Shown piece after piece: positions 1 through 9,328 of a stretch of 32,000 bases of DNA (the first letter of the stretch is position 1; each line of letters starts with the position of its first letter). Under the pieces are notes generated by a model, which worked only from the letters and a program-made list of their open reading frames with translations, searched no databases and was not told the DNA's origin. Made by a program: the position numbers and the translations under genes. The stretch is from Candidatus Hadarchaeales archaeon (lineage in GTDB: Archaea; Hadarchaeota; Hadarchaeia; Hadarchaeales; Hadarchaeaceae): positions 270,001 to 302,000 of the forward strand of contig JAWBCC010000001.1 of assembly GCA_038823825.1 (NCBI GenBank), read 5' to 3'.

Positions 1-487
1 GAAAGAGCATTCTTCTCCTCAGTAGTCATCTCTGCATAAGTTTTGCCATTTATTTCGAAAATTGGATCAAATCCAAATCCGTGTGTTCCTCTCTCTTCAA
101 AGGCTATTTTACCTCTGACAGAAGCCTCAAAAGCAATAGGCTCCAGCCCAGGTGTGCAGAAACCCACTGCTGATCGAAACTCAGAAGTTCTATCTTCAAC
201 ACCGTTCATCAGCTTCAATATACCTTTGTTACCTATTGTGAGGAAAACGAATTTGGAATATGGGCCCGGAAAACCTTTTAGCGCATGTATGAACATTCCT
301 GCATCTTCTACGAAGCATGGTTCCTTGATTTTTTCGCAGGCCTCTTTAGCCCCGATTTTCACTATTTCGCTTAAATCATCGGATTGAATCTCGGTATAAG
401 ACATCCTCTTCCAATTTATTTTAACTCCGACCTCCTTCGCTATTATGTAAACTTCTTTGAACTTATGCTCATTTGTTGTGACAAAGT

Positions 488-497
<10 letters not shown>
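1..497 (-). CDS. Non-canonical purine NTP pyrophosphatase (HAM1/RdgB family), 3' end truncated by window edge
   Basis: Absent from the ORF track because it runs off the window. Manual minus-strand translation from TTG at 497 gives (M)ALNFVTTNEHKFKEVYIIAKEVGVKINWKRMSYTEIQSDDLSEIVKIGAKEACEKIKEPCFVEDAGMFIHALKGFPGPYSKFV...GFGFDPIFEINGKTYAEMTTEEKNAL. This carries the family motifs FVTxN..K, EDxG, GFPGxYS, FGxDPIF and AEM..EEKN. The frame is closed by TAA at 531-533, and TTG at 497 is the only start candidate, preceded by GGAGAG. It overlaps the bud32 stop by 10 nt. Confidence 0.85.
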
Positions 498-2210
<1,713 letters not shown>

Positions 2211-3605
2211 ATGCATGAAGAAATCCTGAGGAAAGTCCTTGAGAAGGTAAAACCGAGCAACCAAGATTTGACCAGAATGTTGTCCGCCGCACGTAAGCTG
2301 CAGGCGATTGCAGAGAAAAAAATGAAGCAACTCGGAATTGATGCAAAAGTCATGCTCGTTGGTTCTGCCGCAAGAGGGACTTGGTTGAAAGGGGAAAAGG
2401 ACATCGATCTTCTGCTTCTTTTCCCTGAGAAAATATCTGAAGAGGAGATGGAGTTTCTCGGAATGAAGCTTGCTAGAGAAATTGCTGGATCATCAGGGAA
2501 AGAGGAATACGCCGAGCATCCGTACGTTAGAGTGGTTTTTGAGGGATTTGAAGTCGATTTAGTCCCTTGCTTCGATATTTCTGATCCGACTAAGACAAAA
2601 AGCGCTCCGGATCGTACTCCGCACCACCAGCAATATATTAAAGAAAGAATCAAGGGAAAGCTCGCGGATGAAGTGCTTCTTCTCAAACAGTTTGCCATAG
2701 GGATCGGTATATACGGAGCAGAAGCAAAAGTGCAAGGATTTTCCGGATATCTTTGTGAACTTTTGATTCTTCACTACGGATCATTCATGGAACTTGTAAA
2801 AAACGCCTGCAACTGGTATCATGGCGTCGTCATCGACATTGAAAAATTTTACAGCGACAGACGTGATCTCTCAAAGCTATTTCCAAATCAACCTCTAATC
2901 GTGATAGACCCAGTAGATCCGAAACGAAATGTGGCTGCAGCGGTTTCTCACAGAAGTTTTAGCGTGTTTATTCAGGCTTGCAGAGATTTTCTGAAATCAC
3001 CGAGCTTGAATTTCTTCTTCCCGCGACCTCCAAGAAGATTAACTCAAAAAAGTCTGCGTGAAATCCTAAAGCAAAGGGAAACAAGATTCATAGTCCTTTA
3101 CATAAAGCATGATGGAATATCTGAGGAAGTTATGTATCCTCAGCTTAGAAAAACGGCCAAAGCCATTCATACTGGGCTTGTGCAAAGGGGATTTTCAGTG
3201 CTGCGTTATGCCGTATGGTCAGGTGACCGTCATGCTGCCATCGTAATGGAGACGTTTCCCAAGAAGTTACCAAATGTTGAGGCTAGAGTTGGTCCGCGCC
3301 CACCGATCGATTCATCTAAGTTTATCGAAACGTACATAAATTCCGAGCGAACAATTGTCGGTCCAACAGTAAATGAGTTTGGCAACATTGTTTTCGAGAT
3401 CGAAAGAAAATGGAGAGACCCGGTATCCGTTATAAAGGATCTGCTTCAGAAGCGTTTGGGTTTTGGCAAGGATGTCGCAGATCTCATAATGAAGGGAAAT
3501 TGCGAACTTCTGATCGATGCAGAGGCTTCCAAGCTCCTGCGAAATGAGGACGCCAGACTTTTCTTGTCTGAATATTTTGACGATCGTCTTCGCTGGTATA
3601 GATAA
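2211..3605 (+). CDS. cca: CCA-adding enzyme (archaeal class I tRNA nucleotidyltransferase)
   Basis: The ORF track starts at TTG 2190, but ATG 2211 (MHEEILRKVLEKVKP...) fits the TATA spacing better. It has the class I signature VGSAARGTWLKGEKDIDLLLLFP, then YAEHPYV, DLVPC and DRTPHH, with the length expected for archaeal Cca. Confidence 0.92.
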   Translation: MHEEILRKVLEKVKPSNQDLTRMLSAARKLQAIAEKKMKQLGIDAKVMLVGSAARGTWLKGEKDIDLLLLFPEKISEEEMEFLGMKLAREIAGSSGKEEYAEHPYVRVVFEGFEVDLVPCFDISDPTKTKSAPDRTPHHQQYIKERIKGKLADEVLLLKQFAIGIGIYGAEAKVQGFSGYLCELLILHYGSFMELVKNACNWYHGVVIDIEKFYSDRRDLSKLFPNQPLIVIDPVDPKRNVAAAVSHRSFSVFIQACRDFLKSPSLNFFFPRPPRRLTQKSLREILKQRETRFIVLYIKHDGISEEVMYPQLRKTAKAIHTGLVQRGFSVLRYAVWSGDRHAAIVMETFPKKLPNVEARVGPRPPIDSSKFIETYINSERTIVGPTVNEFGNIVFEIERKWRDPVSVIKDLLQKRLGFGKDVADLIMKGNCELLIDAEASKLLRNEDARLFLSEYFDDRLRWYR

Positions 3606-3610
3606 AAAAG

Positions 3611-3653
3611 TCTACACATTATATTTTTAAGTTGAGACATCTTCATAATATGG
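3611..3653 (+). promoter_or_regulatory. Putative TATA-type promoter of the GalT-like gene
   Basis: CATTATATTTTTAAG at about 3617-3631 is centred about 28 nt upstream of the ATG at 3654. No obvious Shine-Dalgarno sequence, which fits a leaderless transcript. Confidence 0.35.
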
Positions 3654-4691
3654 ATGACTGTGGAATTCAGGCGCGAAATAGAAAAAGCGACATTCCGCAG
3701 TCCACTTGAAGGATTTAATCTTGTGACGCAAGAGGTGGAGGTTCGTGTAGATCCGCTTACCGGAAGAAAATCGCGTTTAAACATCCAAAGAGCCCGTCGG
3801 CCAAAACATGTCAAATGCTCTCCAGAATACGAGCAAATAATTGAAAGCTCTAGAAAAGGCTGCTTTTTCTGTCCCGAGAACATAGAAAACACAACTCCAA
3901 AGTTTCCATCTCCACTTCCGGATCGGATATGGGTTGGAGAAGCATGTGTTTTACCGAATCTCTTCCCATTTGCAGCCCATCATGCCGTAGCAGTGATATC
4001 TCGAGAGCATCACATAGAGATGTCTTCTTTTTCTCCAGTTCTTTTGCGCGATTGTATGAAAGCATCGCTCGAATATTTCAGACGGATATTCGAACTCGAC
4101 AATTCAGCCAAAATATGGAACATCAGCTGGAACTACATGCCCCCAGCCGCTGCTAGTCTCATTCATCCTCATTTTCAGCTTGTAGCATGTAGGGAACCGA
4201 CTTTCTTCCTTCATACCATGCTTCAAAAAAGCAGAGAATTTGAGGAACGCGCGGGGAAGAATTACTGGAGCGAGCTGATAGAAGTAGAGCAAAAACTTAA
4301 TGAACGATATATTGGGAGAAAAGGAAATGTTCACTGGATAGCAGCATTCTCTCCAATTGGCAACAAGGAAATCATAGCGGTTTTTGAGGGAAGTTCTTCA
4401 TTAAGTGATTTGAATGACCAGCAGATTTCCGATTTCTGCGAAGGGCTCTCAGCTATTCTTCGTGGTTACTGTGAAATTGGTGTCAGAAGCTTTAATATGG
4501 GAACCTTTTCTGCACCAGTTGGTGAAAACTGGAGTAACTGTTATTGGCTTAATATAAGGCTCGTTGCGAGACCAACACCGGCGTCTCTTTATGCCGGCGA
4601 CATAGGTTTTATGGAACTCTTCCAGCTTGAGCCAGTGATAGACACGATGCCGGAAGATCTTGCTTCCTTTTTGAAGAACTATCTACGCTGA
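3654..4691 (+). CDS. Galactose-1-phosphate uridylyltransferase-like nucleotidyltransferase (GalT branch of the HIT superfamily)
   Basis: 345-aa ORF with CFFCPEN (matching the GalT CxxCPG(N)E zinc/nucleotide loop) and the His-Pro-His active-site motif IHPHFQL, in a two-half-barrel length. The actual substrate (UDP-hexose versus ADP-glucose phosphorylase type) cannot be told from sequence alone. Confidence 0.65.
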   Translation: MTVEFRREIEKATFRSPLEGFNLVTQEVEVRVDPLTGRKSRLNIQRARRPKHVKCSPEYEQIIESSRKGCFFCPENIENTTPKFPSPLPDRIWVGEACVLPNLFPFAAHHAVAVISREHHIEMSSFSPVLLRDCMKASLEYFRRIFELDNSAKIWNISWNYMPPAAASLIHPHFQLVACREPTFFLHTMLQKSREFEERAGKNYWSELIEVEQKLNERYIGRKGNVHWIAAFSPIGNKEIIAVFEGSSSLSDLNDQQISDFCEGLSAILRGYCEIGVRSFNMGTFSAPVGENWSNCYWLNIRLVARPTPASLYAGDIGFMELFQLEPVIDTMPEDLASFLKNYLR

Positions 4692-5371
4692 AGATTTCTG
4701 AACATAAGAAATCCAAGACACAAGCCGACAATACATAGAAGGATGACAATTATTGGCACATAGTTTACTCCGGGTTTCGCTATAATGTTAAGGGTTACGA
4801 AAGGAGCAGTTTCTCCAATGATCTGGATACCCCCCGCCTGGCCGGTCCAAGGATGTATGGGAAAAACCAACAAATACTTATCTGAAGGAGCCTCTTTGCT
4901 CACTATTATCACCACTTTCACCATTCTGGCAGGGTAGAACTTATTTTCCCCTAAAATCTTGACATATGTGTCAACATATTCTGACCATTCTTCTCTTGGA
5001 GGCACCTCTACTACTGGTTGACCCGGTGTCGTGAACACAGCTATCACATCTTTTTCACTAATGGGGGCTTGATCATCTCTAGCAGAGTTTTCCGGATCTA
5101 TCAAAACCGAGAAATGTTTTGGTTCAATAATTTTGTTGTCTTGGTAAACCTCAGATCTGATAACTGCCCAGCAGTTCTCGTCCGAGACCTCCGCATTGTT
5201 GACGATATAAAGATAGACAGTTGCGTTTTCTCCAGCTTTCAAGTTCAAATTTTTATAAAAGCTAGGAAAGTCGGCTAAAATGGCTGCCTTAGCCGAGACT
5301 TGGGGAGGAAACATTATTAAAAAAATAAAAATAACCAGACCGCCGAGTGTTCGAGCTCGGTGGTCTGGCAT
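4679..5371 (-). CDS. Hypothetical surface protein with an N-terminal signal peptide and a C-terminal TM anchor
   Basis: 230-aa ORF. The N-terminus is MPDHRARTLGGLVIFIFLIMFPPQVSAKA (basic n-region, hydrophobic core, AKA site). The C-terminus is PIIVILLCIVGLCLGFLMF followed by RNLQRR. GGAGGGAG lies 3-12 nt upstream of the ATG, which is 16 nt downstream of the preceding gene. Confidence 0.7.
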   Translation of the reverse strand: MPDHRARTLGGLVIFIFLIMFPPQVSAKAAILADFPSFYKNLNLKAGENATVYLYIVNNAEVSDENCWAVIRSEVYQDNKIIEPKHFSVLIDPENSARDDQAPISEKDVIAVFTTPGQPVVEVPPREEWSEYVDTYVKILGENKFYPARMVKVVIIVSKEAPSDKYLLVFPIHPWTGQAGGIQIIGETAPFVTLNIIAKPGVNYVPIIVILLCIVGLCLGFLMFRNLQRR

Positions 5372-5387
5372 CTCTCTCCCTCCAGCC

Positions 5388-6608
5388 TTACGGAGCGGGT
5401 AGGCTATTGTCTTGAACTCTCACCCATACAGTCCCCGTGAAGTTGACCGTTGTTGGAACGTTCAGTGCTGGTACCTTTATTCTGAAGTTTTCCCTGATCG
5501 TGTGCTGCTGATTTGCTGCTAGGTCTCCTCTCAGCAATGCGTAGGTTTTTGTCAATGCAACCCAGGATCCGCCCTCGAATGGTCTGTGCTCGATATTATC
5601 AACTCCGATTGTCCAGCCTCCACCAGTTAGATCAGTTCCTTTTATGTAGACATCCACTCCGGAAACATTTTCACTGTTAACAACGACAGTGAAAGGATTC
5701 GTCAATGCTTCCTTGGTTTCTCCTGCAGTAACGCTGCCAAAGTTGATGTTATCGCTTATAGATACTATCTGCACGTAACCGATGCCTGGGCTTAAAGTAA
5801 CGTACATTGGTTTGCTAGTTTCCGCGATCAGACCGGTCCCGTAAGTTGCATTTCCGCTGGAATCAAAGTTTACATCGAAATAATAATCTATGACATTGTC
5901 TGATACCTCGCCCCACGTGTTTCCACTCACCGTTGTAATGACATCCAAAGCGTCAGATATGCTTCCTCCGCCGATGTCAACGGGGAATCCACTACCGTTG
6001 TCAGCGCATATCATCACCGTGAATCTGAGAGTAGCCGGTAGGCTTACGCCCAAGGCACTCCATGGCATCGAGATTTCAACGGTCTTATTTGTAGCGCTGA
6101 AATAAGAAGCTCCGGCGGTGGTATACTGCCACGATGTGTTATAATATCCAGTAGTAGCCACTGATGCCTTTATAACTCTCTCCCATCTTGCATTCGCGTT
6201 CACAAGTGTTGTTGTGAAATCTGGGAACCATTCATTTCCAGCACTGTTTAGAGTGGTGTCGACGGCAATATAGACGAGCACTCTCCATGCATCTGTCATA
6301 TTTGTAAAGCGCAGAAGGAAATAGATATTTTCCGTATCTCCCGTTACCCTGAATTCGCTCATGTCACAGTTTTCATGACCCTCAACATCTGTTCGTTGGT
6401 CTCCTGTGTTGTCCTTCCATATCCACTCTCCATTTTCGACTGTGTACGTGTTTACTGCGGCAGGCGGTGTTCCAATCCAGTCGTTTGGATTTCCATCGAC
6501 GGTTCTTGTCCCAGCGAAGCTAGCAGGTGCTAAAAGCACTCCAAGAGAAACTGCGAAGACGAGGAGAACTGCGACAGTCCCGCTCAAGTGGCGTATGGTT
6601 TTGCTCAT
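5388..6608 (-). CDS. Secreted protein with a glucodextranase-like / S-layer-type N-terminal domain and a C-terminal beta-rich domain
   Basis: The ORF track starts at GTG 6620. ATG 6608 is preceded by GGAGGTGA at good spacing and gives MSKTIRHLSGTVAVLLVFAVSLGVLLAPASFAG (signal peptide). The mature N-terminus is VDGNPNDW...WKDNTGDQ...EFRVTGDTENIYFLLRF...VYIAVD. By recollection this resembles the glucodextranase C-terminal / SLH-like module found in archaeal surface proteins. There is no C-terminal TM segment. Confidence 0.6.
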   Translation of the reverse strand: MSKTIRHLSGTVAVLLVFAVSLGVLLAPASFAGTRTVDGNPNDWIGTPPAAVNTYTVENGEWIWKDNTGDQRTDVEGHENCDMSEFRVTGDTENIYFLLRFTNMTDAWRVLVYIAVDTTLNSAGNEWFPDFTTTLVNANARWERVIKASVATTGYYNTSWQYTTAGASYFSATNKTVEISMPWSALGVSLPATLRFTVMICADNGSGFPVDIGGGSISDALDVITTVSGNTWGEVSDNVIDYYFDVNFDSSGNATYGTGLIAETSKPMYVTLSPGIGYVQIVSISDNINFGSVTAGETKEALTNPFTVVVNSENVSGVDVYIKGTDLTGGGWTIGVDNIEHRPFEGGSWVALTKTYALLRGDLAANQQHTIRENFRIKVPALNVPTTVNFTGTVWVRVQDNSLPAP

Positions 6609-6620
6609 GCTCTTTCTCAC

Positions 6621-6712
6621 CTCCCACTTTGTCTTTTTTAGCTTTTATAAAACTCTAGGTTTTGATGGGAAAGATTTAAATACCATGAAATCTTCAACCG
6701 ATAAGGTGAAAC
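6621..6712. promoter_or_regulatory. Divergent promoter region (surface-protein operon / glycosyltransferase)
   Basis: TTTTATAAAA (6641-6650) serves the minus-strand operon. GATTTAAATA (6673-6682) plus GGTGA (6705-6709) precede the ATG at 6713 on the plus strand. Confidence 0.4.
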
Positions 6713-7966
6713 ATGAACATCCTATATTTCTCCTTTGAATTTCCACCCTATTTCGTGGGTGGTCTTGGAACTTACGCGTATGAGATGAGTCGAAGATTTG
6801 CCAGGTTTGGTCATAGCGTGACGCTTTTCGCAATGAATCCAGGAGATGCCGTCACTACCGATCTGGTTGAGGGTGTTGAAGTTCACAGACCACTTCTCGC
6901 AGATGCCACAGATCTTCTCCCTTGCATAGTTCCAGAGGACATAAAATACTGGCCTCCAAAATCGCAGCGCTATTTTGCCGATGTTTTGATGTATAACATT
7001 CTCTCTGCAACCAAGGCTGTAAATCTTTTGGTCGGCAAGAACAACAGAAAGTTCGATCTAATCGTTTCACATGATTGGCTCGGCTGCATGGCAGGTATAC
7101 TTTGTAAAAGGATGCTTCAGTTGCCATTTATTCTTCATTTACATTCAATTGAAGAAGGCAGGAGTGGCGATGGTTCAGTGACTATAAAATCGCTGGAAAA
7201 GCAAGCCGGAAAAATTGCGGATAGAATAGTCACAGTAAGTTACGCTATGAGAGACCAGTTGGTTTCTCTTGGATACCCGGAAGCCAAGATAAGAGTAGTC
7301 TATAACGGAATCGACGAGCAGAAATATGATCCAGCGAGAGTTCCAGAAGAAAAAGTCAAGGAATTCAGAGAATCTCTTGGAATAGGCAATGATCCGCTCA
7401 TATTTTTCGTTGGACGACTGGTTTGGATAAAAGGTGCAGACACACTTGTGAGAGCGATGCCAATGATTCTTCAAGAAGTCCCAAACGCGAAACTCTTGAT
7501 CCTTGGAAAGGGAGACCAAGAGGAAATGATAAGAGAAATGGTTGAACACATGGGAATACAAAAGAGCGTCATTCTTGAGTACAAGTATGTCAAAGAGGAG
7601 GATAGAATTCTGAGATACGCAGCATGTGATGTTGCAGTGTTTCCATCAAAATATGAGCCCTTCGGTCTAGTCTGTACGGAGGCAATGTCAATGGGTAAAC
7701 CAGTGGTCGTAGGTGCAAGGGGGGTCTCGGGCATGCGTGAGCAGGTAATTCCTTGGGGACCTGACAGGTGTGGAGCACACATAAATCCGGATGATCCAAG
7801 TGACATAGCAAAGTTTGTTGTTGAAATCTTGAAGGATGACGGTCTGAGAAGACAAATGGGTAAAAATGCAAGAAAAAGAGTACTCGAGAAATTCACGATT
7901 CAGAAAGTTGCCGAAGAAACGATTAAAGTTTATGAGGAGACAGTGCAGGAATTTTCACGCCGTTAG
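6713..7966 (+). CDS. GT-B glycosyltransferase, archaeal glycogen-synthase-like (GT4/GT5)
   Basis: 417-aa ORF. The N-terminus MNILYFSFEFPPYFVGGLGTYAYEMSRRFARFGHSVTLF parallels the archaeal glycogen synthase KVGGL loop. It also has FVGRLVWIKGADTLVRA, ILGKGD, and the EX7E region KYEPFGLVCTEAMSMGKP. Confidence 0.7.
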   Translation: MNILYFSFEFPPYFVGGLGTYAYEMSRRFARFGHSVTLFAMNPGDAVTTDLVEGVEVHRPLLADATDLLPCIVPEDIKYWPPKSQRYFADVLMYNILSATKAVNLLVGKNNRKFDLIVSHDWLGCMAGILCKRMLQLPFILHLHSIEEGRSGDGSVTIKSLEKQAGKIADRIVTVSYAMRDQLVSLGYPEAKIRVVYNGIDEQKYDPARVPEEKVKEFRESLGIGNDPLIFFVGRLVWIKGADTLVRAMPMILQEVPNAKLLILGKGDQEEMIREMVEHMGIQKSVILEYKYVKEEDRILRYAACDVAVFPSKYEPFGLVCTEAMSMGKPVVVGARGVSGMREQVIPWGPDRCGAHINPDDPSDIAKFVVEILKDDGLRRQMGKNARKRVLEKFTIQKVAEETIKVYEETVQEFSRR

Positions 7967-7985
7967 GCTACATTTAAGTTAGCCT
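7965..7985 (+). terminator. Hairpin at the glycosyltransferase stop codon (possible terminator, overlaps the gatD promoter region)
   Basis: AGGCTA (7965-7970) and TAGCCT (7980-7985) form a 6-bp stem with a 9-nt loop, followed by T-rich GCGTTTAAATTTTCTT. The loop/3' arm sequence ACATTTAAGTT could also act as a TATA element for gatD, about 25 nt upstream of ATG 8003. Confidence 0.3.
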
Positions 7986-8002
7986 GCGTTTAAATTTTCT
8001 TG

Positions 8003-9328
8003 ATGACTGGATATCGCGGTTTGGTTGCAGATTTTTTGAAAAAAGCGGGGGCAGCCGTTGGGGACAAGATTAGGATCGAAACCGACAAAGGGATTTTTGA
8101 AGGTCTTTTGATGCCCAGAACAGAACTGGCGGATGAAAAGCATTTGGTAGTGAAGTTGCAGAGCGGTTATAATATTGGCATTCGCGTTGAATCCATCAAA
8201 AAACTTGAAGTTCTTGAGAAAGGAAGCCCCCCGAAAATTCTGCTAGCACCTCCACCTTCGGCTCCTAAAGAAAAACCAAGAGTTGCGATTGTGGGGACTG
8301 GGGGGACGATAGCCAGCAGAGTTGATTATAGAACGGGAGCCGTTTTTCCAGCTTTAACTGCTGGGGAGCTTTATAGCATCGTTCCAGAACTCGCCGAACT
8401 AGCAAGCATAGAAGTTGTTGAAGTGTGCAGAGTTTTCAGCGAGCACATGAGACCCGATATCTGGGTAAAGATAGGAAAGGAGGTTGCCCACCAGATAAAC
8501 AAAGGAGCCAGAGGTGTGGTAGTTACTCACGGCACAGACACGATGGGATATACCGCAGCTGCTTTGAGTTTCATGCTTAAAGGTCTCTTTAGGCCAGTAG
8601 TTCTCGTTGGTGCGCAACGATCTTCCGATCGACCAAGCAGTGATGCTTTTCTGAATTTGATTTCCGCGGTAGCATTTGCTGTAAAGTCCGACGTGGCGGA
8701 AGTTACCGTGGTTATGCACGGTTCAATGTCTGATGATTTTTGTTTGGCTCACAGGGGTACAAAGGTTAGAAAATGTCATACCAGTAGGCGTGATGCTTTC
8801 GTCAGCGTTAATCAGAAACCATTGGCTTTGATCAAAGATGGAGAGGTAAAAATAATTGAGGAAAACTATCGCAGAGCGAGTGAAAAAGGGAGGGTCAGGG
8901 TGGACGGTAAATTTGATCCAAAGGTAATACTTCTCAAGGCCACGCCGGGTCTTCGTTCTGAAGTGTTGGAAGCAATTGTGAATCTTGGATATCGTGGGAT
9001 TGTGATTGAAGGAACAGGTTTGGGGCACGTGCCTGAGACGATGTTCGATGGAATAAAAGATGCCATAAGTCGGGGTGTTCCAGTCGTAATGACTTCCCAG
9101 TGTATATGGGGAAGAGTAAACATGCGAGTCTATTCAACGGGCAGGGATCTGCTAAATCTGGGCATAATTCCCGCAGAAGATATGCTCCCAGAAACAGCCT
9201 TCGTGAAGCTCATGTATGTTCTCGGCCATACGAAAAATATGAGAAAAATCCACGAAATGATGCTTACAAACATGGCTGGGGAGATATCTGAAAGATCGCC
9301 GTCTGTCGAGTTTTGGGAGGGAAGGTGA
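8003..9328 (+). CDS. gatD: Glutamyl-tRNA(Gln) amidotransferase subunit D
   Basis: The track starts at TTG 8000, with ATG at 8003. It has an N-terminal GatD-specific domain plus an asparaginase-like core: VGTGGTIASRVDYRTGAV, VVTHGTDTMGYTAAAL, GTGLGHV. Confidence 0.95.
   Translation: MTGYRGLVADFLKKAGAAVGDKIRIETDKGIFEGLLMPRTELADEKHLVVKLQSGYNIGIRVESIKKLEVLEKGSPPKILLAPPPSAPKEKPRVAIVGTGGTIASRVDYRTGAVFPALTAGELYSIVPELAELASIEVVEVCRVFSEHMRPDIWVKIGKEVAHQINKGARGVVVTHGTDTMGYTAAALSFMLKGLFRPVVLVGAQRSSDRPSSDAFLNLISAVAFAVKSDVAEVTVVMHGSMSDDFCLAHRGTKVRKCHTSRRDAFVSVNQKPLALIKDGEVKIIEENYRRASEKGRVRVDGKFDPKVILLKATPGLRSEVLEAIVNLGYRGIVIEGTGLGHVPETMFDGIKDAISRGVPVVMTSQCIWGRVNMRVYSTGRDLLNLGIIPAEDMLPETAFVKLMYVLGHTKNMRKIHEMMLTNMAGEISERSPSVEFWEGR

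Noticed and set aside
43-387. 114-aa plus-strand ORF at the left edge
   Set aside because: It lies entirely antisense to a well-supported HAM1/RdgB coding frame and has low-complexity, Ser/Pro-rich content. It is a shadow ORF.
3446-3892. 148-aa minus-strand ORF spanning the cca / GalT-like intergenic region
   Set aside because: It crosses a promoter region and is antisense to both flanking conserved genes, with no motif support.
4679-4790. C-terminal KPGVNYVPIIVILLCIVGLCLGFLMFRNLQRR as a PGF-CTERM archaeosortase signal
   Set aside because: The tripartite shape (PG-x, TM, basic tail) is suggestive. However, the motif is PGV rather than PGF, the spacing differs from my recollection of the consensus, and no archaeosortase gene is in the window. 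I treat it as a plain TM anchor.
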